NCBI GenBank assembly: GCA_965261395.1 | Contig: OZ253462.1 | Coordinates: forward strand, 4,736,001-4,800,000 | Direction of reading: 5' to 3' | DNA length: 64,000 bases | From: Candidatus Latescibacterota bacterium | Lineage (GTDB): Bacteria > Latescibacterota > UBA2968 > UBA8231 | Shown: in pieces, positions 54,663 to 64,000 of the stretch | Position numbering within the stretch: the stretch's first letter is position 1 | Layout of the letters: each line of letters starts with the position of its first letter | Position numbers and translations under genes: made by a program | The notes under the pieces: model-generated | Seen by the model: only the letters and a program-made list of their open reading frames with translations | The model's database searches: none | Told to the model about the DNA's origin: nothing

Positions 54663-56228
54663 CTACTCTTCCCTAGGTCCGATGACGCGGCGGGCGCGGT
54701 CGCTCAATCGCTGCGGGGTCCATTTCGGCTCGCGGACGAGGCGCACCTCGATTTCGCCGACGTCCTGCAAACGAGCGCGGAGCTGCTCCTCAATGCCAGC
54801 GGAAAACCAATCGAACCACGTTTCGCGTCCCGCGTACGGTATGACGATGTCGACGCGGATGTCGCTCCCTTGGATGACGACATCGCGCACGATTCCGATA
54901 TCTACGAAGCTAAGCTGGCGCTGTCCCCAGGGTGATCCCTGAACGTAGAGCTCGAATTCGTTGGTGGCCCGCAGCGCGTCCATGACATTGTCGAGGTTGA
55001 TCGGCCTAGGAGCTGGGAGGACCTCGCCTTGGGTGATCGGGTTGAGCAGGCGTTGCTGGTGGCTGACGAGGTCGGCGAGGCCGCCGTGCTCTCCCCCCTC
55101 TTCGTACCGATGCAGGACATAGGCGTTCCTTTCGTACACGTGCTCGCCAGCGCGCATCGCCGCGTGCTGTACCGGATAGCGGACCCAAGTGCCGGTGTGC
55201 GAGAATCCAGCGTGGGCCGGCTGCGGCCAACTTGGGTTGGTATTCTCGAATTCGAGGTGAATGCTGCCGAATCCTTCGCCGGTTTCGCGGTTGAAATGGG
55301 TCACCCAGCTCGGGTCCTCGCGCTGCCAGCCCCGGGCCCCAAAACCGATCTCTCCCTCCGGTCCCATCCAAGCTCGTTCGGGCAGGTGTTCGCCGATGAC
55401 GAACTCGTCGTTGCGGCAGTCGCGGAAACGCACATCCTCGAGAACCTCGAGTTTCGATTCCATAACGACGTAGGGCTGACCGGCCCAGAAGCTGTAAGTC
55501 ACGGTAGCCATGACCTTGTGGAGCCGACCGACTTGGGGCCCGATTGACAAGATCGGGTGGCCCCAGCGGCGGATGCGCACGCAGACCGGTCCCCTGACCA
55601 CATCGTAGTCGAACATGGGTGGACCATCCCAGTTGGTGAGCCGGTAGCGGCCGACGCGCTCGTCGCTCCAGTCAGGCCCCCAGTGAATGGTGCCTTCGAC
55701 TCCGTGGCCATGCCGATTTACGAGTTCTGCTGGCCCCCTTTTCGAGTAGTGATTCTTCCAGTTGCCGTTCATCTTCCCGAGGACAGCCCGATAATACTCG
55801 TTTTCCACCTCAAGGGCATACCCTTCGCCCGAGACCTTGAGCTCGGTGTCGTAGCAGGGTTCGGGTGCCTCCGGGTTGCCGTATAGCAGGAGGTAGGTCG
55901 CCGAACCCCTGGCGGCCACATCGGCAAGGAAAAACAGCCGACAGCGCAGCAGCTCGTCCTCGCGGTCCATGAGATGAGCCTGACTCGGCACGACTTCTAT
56001 AGGACCGTTTTCGCCGGAGAGACGAGCGACGCGGACCTCTCGGCCGAGGTCGGTGACGTGGGCGGCGTGAATGTCCACGTCCGCTTCGACCGGTTCGTCC
56101 CGGCGGTCGTGTGCGGTGTCGTTCACCAGCATCAGGCGCTTGGCGTACTGCCAGCCAAGAAGCGATTGCGGCAGGGATGCGGTCGAGTCCCAGTCGCAGG
56201 CGGGAATGTAGATCGAAGAGTCCTTCAT
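54663..56228 (-). CDS. Beta-sandwich protein fused to a C-terminal DUF59/SufT-like domain
   Basis: C-terminus VMDALR...SFVDIGIVRDV...VRLVREPKWTPQRLSDRAR matches the DUF59 pattern; N-terminus DEPV...VPSQ...VENEYY resembles carbohydrate-enzyme beta domains. Confidence 0.7.
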   Translation of the reverse strand: MKDSSIYIPACDWDSTASLPQSLLGWQYAKRLMLVNDTAHDRRDEPVEADVDIHAAHVTDLGREVRVARLSGENGPIEVVPSQAHLMDREDELLRCRLFFLADVAARGSATYLLLYGNPEAPEPCYDTELKVSGEGYALEVENEYYRAVLGKMNGNWKNHYSKRGPAELVNRHGHGVEGTIHWGPDWSDERVGRYRLTNWDGPPMFDYDVVRGPVCVRIRRWGHPILSIGPQVGRLHKVMATVTYSFWAGQPYVVMESKLEVLEDVRFRDCRNDEFVIGEHLPERAWMGPEGEIGFGARGWQREDPSWVTHFNRETGEGFGSIHLEFENTNPSWPQPAHAGFSHTGTWVRYPVQHAAMRAGEHVYERNAYVLHRYEEGGEHGGLADLVSHQQRLLNPITQGEVLPAPRPINLDNVMDALRATNEFELYVQGSPWGQRQLSFVDIGIVRDVVIQGSDIRVDIVIPYAGRETWFDWFSAGIEEQLRARLQDVGEIEVRLVREPKWTPQRLSDRARRVIGPREE

Positions 56229-56558
56229 GCGGGGTTTTTCCTTGGCAAGAGAGTAAACTTCGTCAGATGGTCAAAGGCGGAGAGTACGCAGAACCTGTAG
56301 AGCCGTTTCAAAACCCGTTCTGTTTTAGGAACGCCTAGAAAGGACTATCCATTAAGCGACCTTTAGGTTTCCGCACAAAGTCTGCTTCAACCCGCCTACA
56401 CAGGCAGGGAAAGGTGCTATTGAGTACGTCTTCCCACGAATATGTAACGGATGTGACCGATACACAATGACAGCAGCCTGATCGACTGTTGCTGACGCAC
56501 CGATAGGTGATCGAATGGACGTTTCGGTGTGCCGTTGCGAAGTCCGCTGATCCCGCGG

Positions 56559-58772
56559 TCAGCCGAGCTGGCGTTGAACGTAGATTGGGCTGCTCCAAGC
56601 GCGGTGCTGATCGCACTGCGTCAGTTGCACCCAGTAGGGACATAGACCATTTGCCGTCCGCGCGTCCCGGAACGCGAGTTCTACTCGCCGCGGCAAGTTC
56701 GGGTTCGGAGCCGGTCCGACGATGACGTGCCGACTGACGCCCCCGGCATCCACTCTCATCGGTTGTTCTCGCACCTGAGCCAAGCCAAATTCAAAGGTCG
56801 CCGGGCAGGATTCAAAGCGGCACGATGTCGCCGCGTCTGCTTCGATTTCTAGGCACATCCCCATGCGGTTGCCGGCAGTGACCGTGTCGAAACAGACCGT
56901 TTGGTCGTCGGCCTGTTCGATGCGGTCGAAGGGAGAGACCAAAGCGACTGGCTCGACGTTGGCGATTCGTCCGTTTTCGACGACGAACCGGCCCTTCCAG
57001 CAGACGCGCTGATCGGGAGCACTGCCGTGCCGTTCGGTTCCTCCCCAAAGGATGCGCAAGGCTCCTTCGGCAGATGCCACCGTCGGTCGCCAGGTCCACA
57101 GCAGGTCGGGGCCGCACAGCAGGTCAATCTGCTCAATCCCCGCCGTTCCCTCGGCCTCGATTGACACAAGGGGAGCATCCGCGGTCGCGTATTCGCTGCC
57201 CATGAGATGGCCGTCGGCTCGGACGTCGAGCAGTATGCGGGGTCCGTCAGTAGCGTAACACCGCCGCGCTGCAATCGCTTCCCACAACGCATCCTGGGTG
57301 AGTTCGGAGGCTAGAAAAGCGGTGCCACCGCTGCGCGCGTTGCGGATAAGCCGGCTACCGGGATGGTCGCATCCGGGCCGGCCGGCAACGCCGTCGGTTC
57401 CAGCGGTTATTCCGACGCGGTAACCGCGACGCAAGGCGTCGAGCACGAACCAGTCCGAAGTGCCGTGGGTGGAGTGGATCTCGGCGAGGGTTTCGATTCC
57501 CGGCTCGTGGAAATCGAGATTAGTCGGCCGGCCGCCGGCGTGCATGTTGATGAATACCTCTTCATTTCGCATAACAGCCAAAAACTCGGTCGCTGTTTCG
57601 AGGTCGGGCTCCGGATCGGGCACGTCTTCGGTGAAGAAGCGACCAGAACGCCGCAAGCGCGGCTCATCGCGTCGGTACATGACGTTGCGGTCGCCGCCGT
57701 CCGGTGTGTAGGCGCTCCACTCGCACCCGAGAAAGGCGATGAAGCTTCCCTCCTCATTGGCGGCGGCTGACTCGCGGCGCGTTTGCTCCCACAGGTCCAG
57801 GCTGACGTGGTGGTCGTTCCCTTGGTGCGAGCAGACCTGCAGACCGGCTACGTAACGGGCGTAGTCGAAGTGGTGGCGCACCGAGCCAACGCCGCAGCCG
57901 ATTCGGCCCTGGCCAGCATGCAGGTCGCCCCAGAAGATGCGCAACGGAGGGGGCTTAGCGGCGATGCGCACCGGATTGGTTTCTGCCCGCAGTTGGCAGC
58001 GAGGAACAGCGACCGCAATGCGATGGATCCCCGGGCTGGCGATGCGCACCCGTGCTTGGTAAGCAGGCATGTCTCCAACCCTTTCGACGGCGACCACTCT
58101 GACCCCGTCGGCAGGGATTACCTCTGGAACGGAATCCTCAAGGAGCAAGGGATTTCCCCACTCGTCCTCAACGCGCAGCGTCAGTACGAGATCTTCGTCG
58201 ACGAGCCCGTCTGCCGGAGCGAGGGCGAACAGCCGCGCCGGGACTCCAGCTACAATGGGGAATCCGCGCACAGGCGGGAGCTGGATCCAACGGTCGCCGC
58301 CGTCCGGATTAATTAGAAAGAGCAGCTCGGCATCGGGCACTACAAAGGTGGGAGAACGCCACTCCCGGCAGATCAGTTCAACCACATCTCCCTCGGTCAG
58401 CACACCGGAGAGGACTTCGACATCGATATGGTGATTCCACGGAATCAGGTCGCCCCGGAAGGCAAAAGTCACCCGCAAGGCGACCTCGCGCCGCGAGCAG
58501 AATGCGTGGACGTACCCCGGAGCGCTGGGATCACTCGTCTGTAGCATGGCCCAGTCGAACGGCCACAGCCAAGCGACCCGTACGTGGCCGCCTGCGGGGA
58601 TTGCCGTCTCGCCAAGATCGAACCGCAGGGTCAGCTCGATATTATCTCCCGCCTGCACCGCGGTGGACCGCGCTATGTGACCGCTGCCGTGCAGGCGACG
58701 GCGTTCTTCGAGGTCGATAGCGGGAAAGTGGTGGATTTGAGGCCGGTTGGGGAAACCGCTTTTCACCAACAT
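56559..58772 (-). CDS. DUF3604-type PHP-like metallohydrolase
   Basis: TNP, FWGDLH, GCEWS, GDRNV, EIHSTHG, GTD, RRCYATDG, AWSSPI. Confidence 0.78.
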   Translation of the reverse strand: MLVKSGFPNRPQIHHFPAIDLEERRRLHGSGHIARSTAVQAGDNIELTLRFDLGETAIPAGGHVRVAWLWPFDWAMLQTSDPSAPGYVHAFCSRREVALRVTFAFRGDLIPWNHHIDVEVLSGVLTEGDVVELICREWRSPTFVVPDAELLFLINPDGGDRWIQLPPVRGFPIVAGVPARLFALAPADGLVDEDLVLTLRVEDEWGNPLLLEDSVPEVIPADGVRVVAVERVGDMPAYQARVRIASPGIHRIAVAVPRCQLRAETNPVRIAAKPPPLRIFWGDLHAGQGRIGCGVGSVRHHFDYARYVAGLQVCSHQGNDHHVSLDLWEQTRRESAAANEEGSFIAFLGCEWSAYTPDGGDRNVMYRRDEPRLRRSGRFFTEDVPDPEPDLETATEFLAVMRNEEVFINMHAGGRPTNLDFHEPGIETLAEIHSTHGTSDWFVLDALRRGYRVGITAGTDGVAGRPGCDHPGSRLIRNARSGGTAFLASELTQDALWEAIAARRCYATDGPRILLDVRADGHLMGSEYATADAPLVSIEAEGTAGIEQIDLLCGPDLLWTWRPTVASAEGALRILWGGTERHGSAPDQRVCWKGRFVVENGRIANVEPVALVSPFDRIEQADDQTVCFDTVTAGNRMGMCLEIEADAATSCRFESCPATFEFGLAQVREQPMRVDAGGVSRHVIVGPAPNPNLPRRVELAFRDARTANGLCPYWVQLTQCDQHRAWSSPIYVQRQLG

Positions 58773-58787
58773 GGGATGGACTCCATA

Positions 58788-60212
58788 CTATAAAGCCAGA
58801 TGCTCATCGAGCGCGGCGCTGAGCCGGTGCAGAACCTCGGGAAACGCGGAGGACACATCGTCCCTTTCGTTGTGCTCGAGATCGTACAGTATTTGGGGTC
58901 GATCGCGCTGAAGGCGCTTTGTCTCCTCAGGCGGAATATGCATCGGCTCGAAGATGTCTCCTCCGATGCGCTTCCCCGGGTCGTAGCCGCGAACCAACTT
59001 GAAACGGCCGTCGAAGACCATGCGCCAAGCACTCAGGCCAGAAAACACCAAATCGCGGTGTATGTCCCCACCTCCTCCGAGATAACCGACAAGGGAGCGA
59101 CTGTCGAAATCTTCACCAAGCATCAGCCCGGCCCACTCGAGGAAGCTAGCGGTCAGGTCGAGGGTCGTCATCGGAGCGTCGTCGCGACCGGCCGCAGCCA
59201 CCCCCGGGCCTGCTATTACCAAGGGGACCCCGACCGATGCCTGCAGGGGGGACAGCTTTTGCCACTGATTGTAATCCCCGAGCATCTCGCCGTGGTCGCT
59301 GGTAAAAACAACGACCGTGTTCTCTAGGTCCCCCCTCTCGCAAACACGCTCTACCAAGCGTCCGAGGCACTGATCGAGGTGTTCGACGGTGGCAGCCCAG
59401 CTGCGGCGCACCTCCTGATGAGTCTCAGGGGAAATATTCTCGGTGTTGAACAGGGGAAGAGGAAAATCGACCGGTGGTTCGCGGTACCACCGGTGCATCG
59501 ACTCGGTGACGTCCCAGGGGTGATGGGGATTCTGTAGATTCACCTCTAGGTACCACGGCTTGTCGTTGGGTGCCCAATCGATCAGGGTGAGGGCGTTGGT
59601 AGTAATCCAAGTATCGAAGTAGGCGTCGTCGGGCAACGTCGTTGGAAAAGTAGCTGTCCACACTCCCTCTTGGCTGCGGCGCACGTAGTCGGCAATGTGC
59701 TCCTGTGCCAAGCCGCGCTCGTGTAGGAACGCCATGTACGAATCCTGAGGAACCATGTCGTTGCGGCGCATCAGGATGGTCGCTTGGTTCAGGCCGGCGT
59801 TGAAGATGGCGTCGGAAAACCCCCATTCTTCCAGCCCCTGTCGGCCGTTGATCCCCCGGTGGAACTGTGGAGGGTTGCCAGATTGATTGCGGCCCACGTG
59901 GTGTTTGCCGGCCGCCATGACGTGGTATCCAGCCTCGTCGCGCAGACGCAGGTGGTACTTGGGCAGATTGTCAGGGGGGTAGGTGTCGTTGCCCCACACT
60001 TGGGTGCGGTCGTACTCCTGCCCGGCCACCAAGCAGGAGCGCGAAGGAGCGCAAACAGGCGACGGACAGATGGTATTGGCGAGCCAGATCCCGCGGTCAG
60101 CGAGTTGCCGCAGATGCGGGGTACGCACCGGGATGTCTGGGTTCATCTCGACCCACTCCGGCCGCTGCTGATCGGTGAGGACAAATAGTATGTTGGGGCG
60201 TTTGTTAGGCAT
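58788..60212 (-). CDS. Formylglycine-dependent sulfatase
   Basis: RPNILFVLTDQQR, CAPSRS (CxPxR), GKHH, PHHP, FTSDHGEMLG; start at MPNK. Confidence 0.92.
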   Translation of the reverse strand: MPNKRPNILFVLTDQQRPEWVEMNPDIPVRTPHLRQLADRGIWLANTICPSPVCAPSRSCLVAGQEYDRTQVWGNDTYPPDNLPKYHLRLRDEAGYHVMAAGKHHVGRNQSGNPPQFHRGINGRQGLEEWGFSDAIFNAGLNQATILMRRNDMVPQDSYMAFLHERGLAQEHIADYVRRSQEGVWTATFPTTLPDDAYFDTWITTNALTLIDWAPNDKPWYLEVNLQNPHHPWDVTESMHRWYREPPVDFPLPLFNTENISPETHQEVRRSWAATVEHLDQCLGRLVERVCERGDLENTVVVFTSDHGEMLGDYNQWQKLSPLQASVGVPLVIAGPGVAAAGRDDAPMTTLDLTASFLEWAGLMLGEDFDSRSLVGYLGGGGDIHRDLVFSGLSAWRMVFDGRFKLVRGYDPGKRIGGDIFEPMHIPPEETKRLQRDRPQILYDLEHNERDDVSSAFPEVLHRLSAALDEHLAL

Positions 60213-61038
60213 GTGTAAGCTCTTGGGCGAGCAAGGCGGCGATATTAGGCCGACCCGGATTGTAAGGAGGCTCCATGATCGCCTGCTGCAGCGGTGTGAG
60301 TTCATCGTAGAACGGGCAGTACTCTTCGAGGCGGTTCATTCCCTTGGCGTTGACGAAGGGGCCAGCAGCGTAGCGGTAAAGGAGGGTACGGCGCTCGTGC
60401 TTGCCCTTCCAAGGCAACGTGCCATGGGTGAGCCCCTCAGTGAAGATGAGGGCGTCTCCAGCTTCCATTGCAACGTGGTGGTAGCAGCCGAGATCGTACT
60501 TCATGGTCCGGACATCGGCCGGAGTATCGAAGTTCGCCTTGTGGCTACCGGGAATGCAGACGAAGCCGCCGTCTCCGGGATTGACGTCGGCGAGTTGATA
60601 ACAAACGCCGACGAGATTATTCCACATGCGGCCATTGACGTAGCGATAGGTGTGCTTGTGGACGAGGGTGCCGCCCCCATGCAGCACACAACCTTCTGCC
60701 CCCTCGGTCATGCTGATACCATTGGCATTGCCAAAACGGAATTCGTCGCCGATCAGGTCGAACATGTAGCGCAGCGCCGGTGGGTGCGAAAGTAGATCGC
60801 GAAACGGCTGGCACCAAGGTTTCGGCCAATTGAGAATTCCCATGATGTCCCCGCGACCGTGGTCCCCTTTCAGCACGGGGGAATTTGCCGACAGCGATTG
60901 CTCTCCCTCGCGCAGTCGCACCCTATTCTGGTTGTGATCGATCGCCTCGTTCAAGGCCGCGACCAGATCCGGGCTCAGTATTTTCTGCACGACTAGGTAG
61001 CCGTTCACATCAAAAAAGTATTTCTCGTGTTCGTTCAT
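60205..61038 (-). CDS. PhyH-family Fe(II)/2OG protein with HxG motif
   Basis: FDVNGYL, LHGG in place of HxD, GGFVCIPGSHK, AGDALIF...HGT...R. Confidence 0.85.
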   Translation of the reverse strand: MNEHEKYFFDVNGYLVVQKILSPDLVAALNEAIDHNQNRVRLREGEQSLSANSPVLKGDHGRGDIMGILNWPKPWCQPFRDLLSHPPALRYMFDLIGDEFRFGNANGISMTEGAEGCVLHGGGTLVHKHTYRYVNGRMWNNLVGVCYQLADVNPGDGGFVCIPGSHKANFDTPADVRTMKYDLGCYHHVAMEAGDALIFTEGLTHGTLPWKGKHERRTLLYRYAAGPFVNAKGMNRLEEYCPFYDELTPLQQAIMEPPYNPGRPNIAALLAQELTHA

Positions 61039-61064
61039 AAAAGCTCTCCAACTTTATTCGATTT

Positions 61065-63101
61065 TCAGACGAACGAGCCTCCGATGGGCTGGTTGCCGAC
61101 CATGCCGGTGAAATAGTCGATGACCAGCCACATCCCCGCGACGAAGATCTGTCCCATGATCAGACCTAGAAAAAACGGTTTGGTGCTATTGTACAGCGCC
61201 GGTCCTCCGTATTTGAGCACCACCGATTTGATCGCCCACGCTATGAATACACTGAACCATACATAGTTCATGATGAAGAAAGTACTGGTGGCGAAACCCA
61301 GAGGATGCACGGGCCACCACACGAAACGCGCCCTGATATAGGCCAGCAGGCCCATCACCAACGCTCCTAAGCCGGTGAACAACCAGCCCCCGATATGAGC
61401 GGAGGTGGGATTGGACAGGATGACGGCCATGTAGTTGGCCGCGTTTCGGGGTACGCCAATGAACCAGAACCCGTGGAGATTGACGCCCCCATAGGTGTAG
61501 GACAGCGTCATGACGCTCCATATAGAACTGGCTAAGGCGATCACCACGGCCAGAGCCACACCCCAGATCAGCATCCTCCTATCCCCTTTGAGCAGTTCGG
61601 CGATTTTCAAGGCGTTGGCAAAACAGGGCATAAAAAAGATGCGGATATTGGCCGCCCATACATAGGTAAAGCCCAGCGCCACGATGCCCGAGGCACCCAG
61701 CGCGCTGGTGCCCAAGCCCGACACGACGAAATCCGCCGGTGTCAGCGGCGTGCGGATGACTGCCACCCCCCCTTCCACCACGGCCCGAGTCAAGGCCATG
61801 AAGACGACGAAGACCGCAAAGAGAAAAACCGGGACGACCCACAGGGGGAGGCCCGACTTCCACAGCCAAGCACTGATGATCAGTAGGCCGACGAGCAGGC
61901 CCCAGACCGCGGTTCGGTAAGACAAGATTTCATCCCTGTCGTCTACCGCCTCATCCCCTTTGAAAGCCTTGCTAAATACACCCTTGAGGTGGCTTCTGCC
62001 CATCCACAGGCCAGACAGTACCAGCACGATCATGGCCCCCATAGCTTGGTGCGCTAAGTAGGGGCCGCTGGAATTGGCAAAGCGGCTCAACTTTTCGGCG
62101 CTCTGGATGCCCAGAATGTTGAAGACGCCCCGCTCGATATTGGATAAAAGGAAAAAAGACCAGAGCCCCAAGGCCACATCTCGGCTGAGCAGATAGGCAA
62201 ATCCGACCAAGCCCAAATTGAACATGACGATGAGCACGGTCGTATTCCTGAAGATGGTAAACTGGCTCGTCAGAATACCTTGGTCGCTGAACTGGCTCAT
62301 GCCCGGGATGAAGGGAAAATAGTTGTACAGAGCGCTGTACGAGCCCAACAGGAAGGGGATGGAAAAGCCTATCCACATGACCGGATTTTTGAAGAAAGGC
62401 TTGATCCAAGAACGCTTTTCGTCATGGCTGCCCCCCCCTCGCTCTTCATCCCGCATCATCTCGAGTGGGACCTGGACTAGCGGATAGAGCAGCTTTTCGT
62501 GTTCAATCCACTGCCGGCGCACCATGACCATCAGGCATATAGATACCCAATAGCTGGCGATAATGAACAGACACCAGTACAGAATGGGCTCGATCCAGAC
62601 GTTCCAAGGCACGGAGAGGCCCTTGGGCAACCCCTCATAGAAATACCTAATGGCGTCGGGATCCTGGGGGGCCATCCACTTGGGCACATAGGGGTGGATG
62701 ATCTCTTCCCATCTGTTTTCGGGCGAAGCATAATAGTAGATTCCGGCGACAATAGGCAGCAAATACTCGGAAAAACCGATAGTCGGGATGGCCGTGGCCA
62801 GCATCGCCATGATATAAATTACGGCCAACTCGGGAGGTGAAAGAGCATACTGCCGTCTGATGAAGCCCAAAACCACATTGACAATGCCGACAAAAATAAA
62901 AAAGACGAAGATCGCAGCCGGTGTATTGAGGTTGTGGGCCAGGAGCGAACCCTTGATGATCATATTGGTGTAGGGCAGGACGATGCCGATAAAAAGGGCC
63001 ATGAGTGAGCCGATTAGCAGAGACCGGAAAGTCACGCCTGGCTCGCCCATCCCGTCGTCATCTGGAAGGGCTGGGTGTCCTGCGCGGATATCTTTTCGCA
63101 T
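61065..63101 (-). CDS. Large multi-pass membrane protein, OPT-like putative transporter (DUF6785/DUF6784-type, name from recall)
   Basis: Many TM segments, RRQWIEHEKLLYPLVQVP, WWPVHPLGF, KYGG, PFFLGL; start uncertain (63101 or 63050). Confidence 0.75.
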   Translation of the reverse strand: MRKDIRAGHPALPDDDGMGEPGVTFRSLLIGSLMALFIGIVLPYTNMIIKGSLLAHNLNTPAAIFVFFIFVGIVNVVLGFIRRQYALSPPELAVIYIMAMLATAIPTIGFSEYLLPIVAGIYYYASPENRWEEIIHPYVPKWMAPQDPDAIRYFYEGLPKGLSVPWNVWIEPILYWCLFIIASYWVSICLMVMVRRQWIEHEKLLYPLVQVPLEMMRDEERGGGSHDEKRSWIKPFFKNPVMWIGFSIPFLLGSYSALYNYFPFIPGMSQFSDQGILTSQFTIFRNTTVLIVMFNLGLVGFAYLLSRDVALGLWSFFLLSNIERGVFNILGIQSAEKLSRFANSSGPYLAHQAMGAMIVLVLSGLWMGRSHLKGVFSKAFKGDEAVDDRDEILSYRTAVWGLLVGLLIISAWLWKSGLPLWVVPVFLFAVFVVFMALTRAVVEGGVAVIRTPLTPADFVVSGLGTSALGASGIVALGFTYVWAANIRIFFMPCFANALKIAELLKGDRRMLIWGVALAVVIALASSIWSVMTLSYTYGGVNLHGFWFIGVPRNAANYMAVILSNPTSAHIGGWLFTGLGALVMGLLAYIRARFVWWPVHPLGFATSTFFIMNYVWFSVFIAWAIKSVVLKYGGPALYNSTKPFFLGLIMGQIFVAGMWLVIDYFTGMVGNQPIGGSFV

Positions 63102-63132
63102 GTCTTTTAGGATATAGATGTTCGTCTTGAAC

Positions 63133-64000
63133 TTACAAGTAGCCCAAGACATTCCCCGTCATACCGGTGAAGTAGTCAATCACCAACCACATGCCCGCCA
63201 CCACTACTTGGCCTAGGATTAATCCGAGAAAAAAGGGCCGAGTCCGGCTGTAGGCGGCTGCTCCCCCGTACTTGAGAACGATTGTTTTGAACAGCCAAGC
63301 CAAAAAGATACTAAACCACACCCAATTCATAATGTAGAATGTGCCGGTGGCGAAGCCCAAGGGATGGATCGGCCACCACACAAAGCGGTAGCGAATATAG
63401 GTGAACAGACTCATCAAGAAGGCTCCCAGGCCAGTGAAGGCCCAGCCCGCTAGGCTGGCGGGTACGGGGCTGTCGAACTTGGGGCCTATATAGGTGAAAG
63501 CCATCTGCGGAACGAAGATGAAGAAGAAATTGTGCAGGTTGATGCCGCCGTGGGCATACGCCATTTCCATAACCAGATAGATAGAGCTGGACAAGGTGAG
63601 GACAATGGCTAGCAATACAGCCCAGAGCAGCTTTCTTTTGCTGCCTTTGATCTCTTCGGCCAGTTTGAGGGCATTGGCGAAGCAGGCCATAAAGAAAATG
63701 CGCACATTGGCGCTCCATACGTAGGTGAAGGCCACGCCGATCAATCCGGAGGCTCCCAAGGCGGTCGTACCTAGGCCGGAGATGGTAAAATCAGCGGGGG
63801 TGATAGGCGTGCGCAGGACGGAAATCCCCCCTTCGACCACAGCCCGAGTAAGCGCTATAAGGACAACGGCAGCCCCGAAGAGAAACACCAAGACGATCCA
63901 CAGCGGGATGCCCGACTTCCACAACCAGCCGATCATCACCGCTAGGCCAGCCACCAAGCCCAGTACGGCGTTGCGGTAGGATAGGACCTCTCCAGAATCG
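63133..64000 (-). CDS. Paralogous membrane transporter, 5' end outside window
   Basis: Collinear with the C-terminal part of the 61065-63101 protein (TRAVVEGG, WSANVRIFFM, WWPIHPLGF, GMWLVIDYFTGM). Confidence 0.8.
   Translation of the reverse strand, partial: DSGEVLSYRNAVLGLVAGLAVMIGWLWKSGIPLWIVLVFLFGAAVVLIALTRAVVEGGISVLRTPITPADFTISGLGTTALGASGLIGVAFTYVWSANVRIFFMACFANALKLAEEIKGSKRKLLWAVLLAIVLTLSSSIYLVMEMAYAHGGINLHNFFFIFVPQMAFTYIGPKFDSPVPASLAGWAFTGLGAFLMSLFTYIRYRFVWWPIHPLGFATGTFYIMNWVWFSIFLAWLFKTIVLKYGGAAAYSRTRPFFLGLILGQVVVAGMWLVIDYFTGMTGNVLGYL

Overview
High-GC bacterial chromosome segment. The gene content (repeated PhyH dioxygenases, a sulfatase, a DUF3604-type protein, large OPT-like membrane proteins) resembles FCB-related candidate phyla such as Latescibacterota; this placement is inference only. 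About 31.5 kb (2607-34062, minus strand) is one co-oriented translation/transcription super-cluster: tRNA-Gly/Thr, rpmG, tRNA-Trp, secE-nusG-rplKAJL-rpoBC, rpsLG-fusA-tuf, the S10/spc/alpha operons, rlmD and a sigma54 activator. It is anomalous in two ways: rplC (L3) and adk-map-infA are absent from their usual slots, and several conserved sites are substituted (RpoB D516Q and S522D, L1 TMG>AIG, S12 L89C, L4 loop R>W, S5 15-nt tandem repeat). The right half holds greA with a leader terminator and an sbcD-sbcC-ygfZ operon ending in a fingerless, catalytically dead DinB homologue. It also holds a 2-hydroxyacid operon (FAD/Fe-S dehydrogenase, RidA-like, FmdB, LarA), zapA, sulP and an orphan infC with an ATC start. 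An accessory catabolic region follows, with three PhyH-family proteins (one with a halogenase-type HxG motif), a sulfatase, a DUF3604-type protein, a DUF59 fusion, two tandem membrane transporters and a relic of a third. No rRNA, CRISPR array or intact transposase was seen. All family assignments come from recognised motifs, not from database searches.
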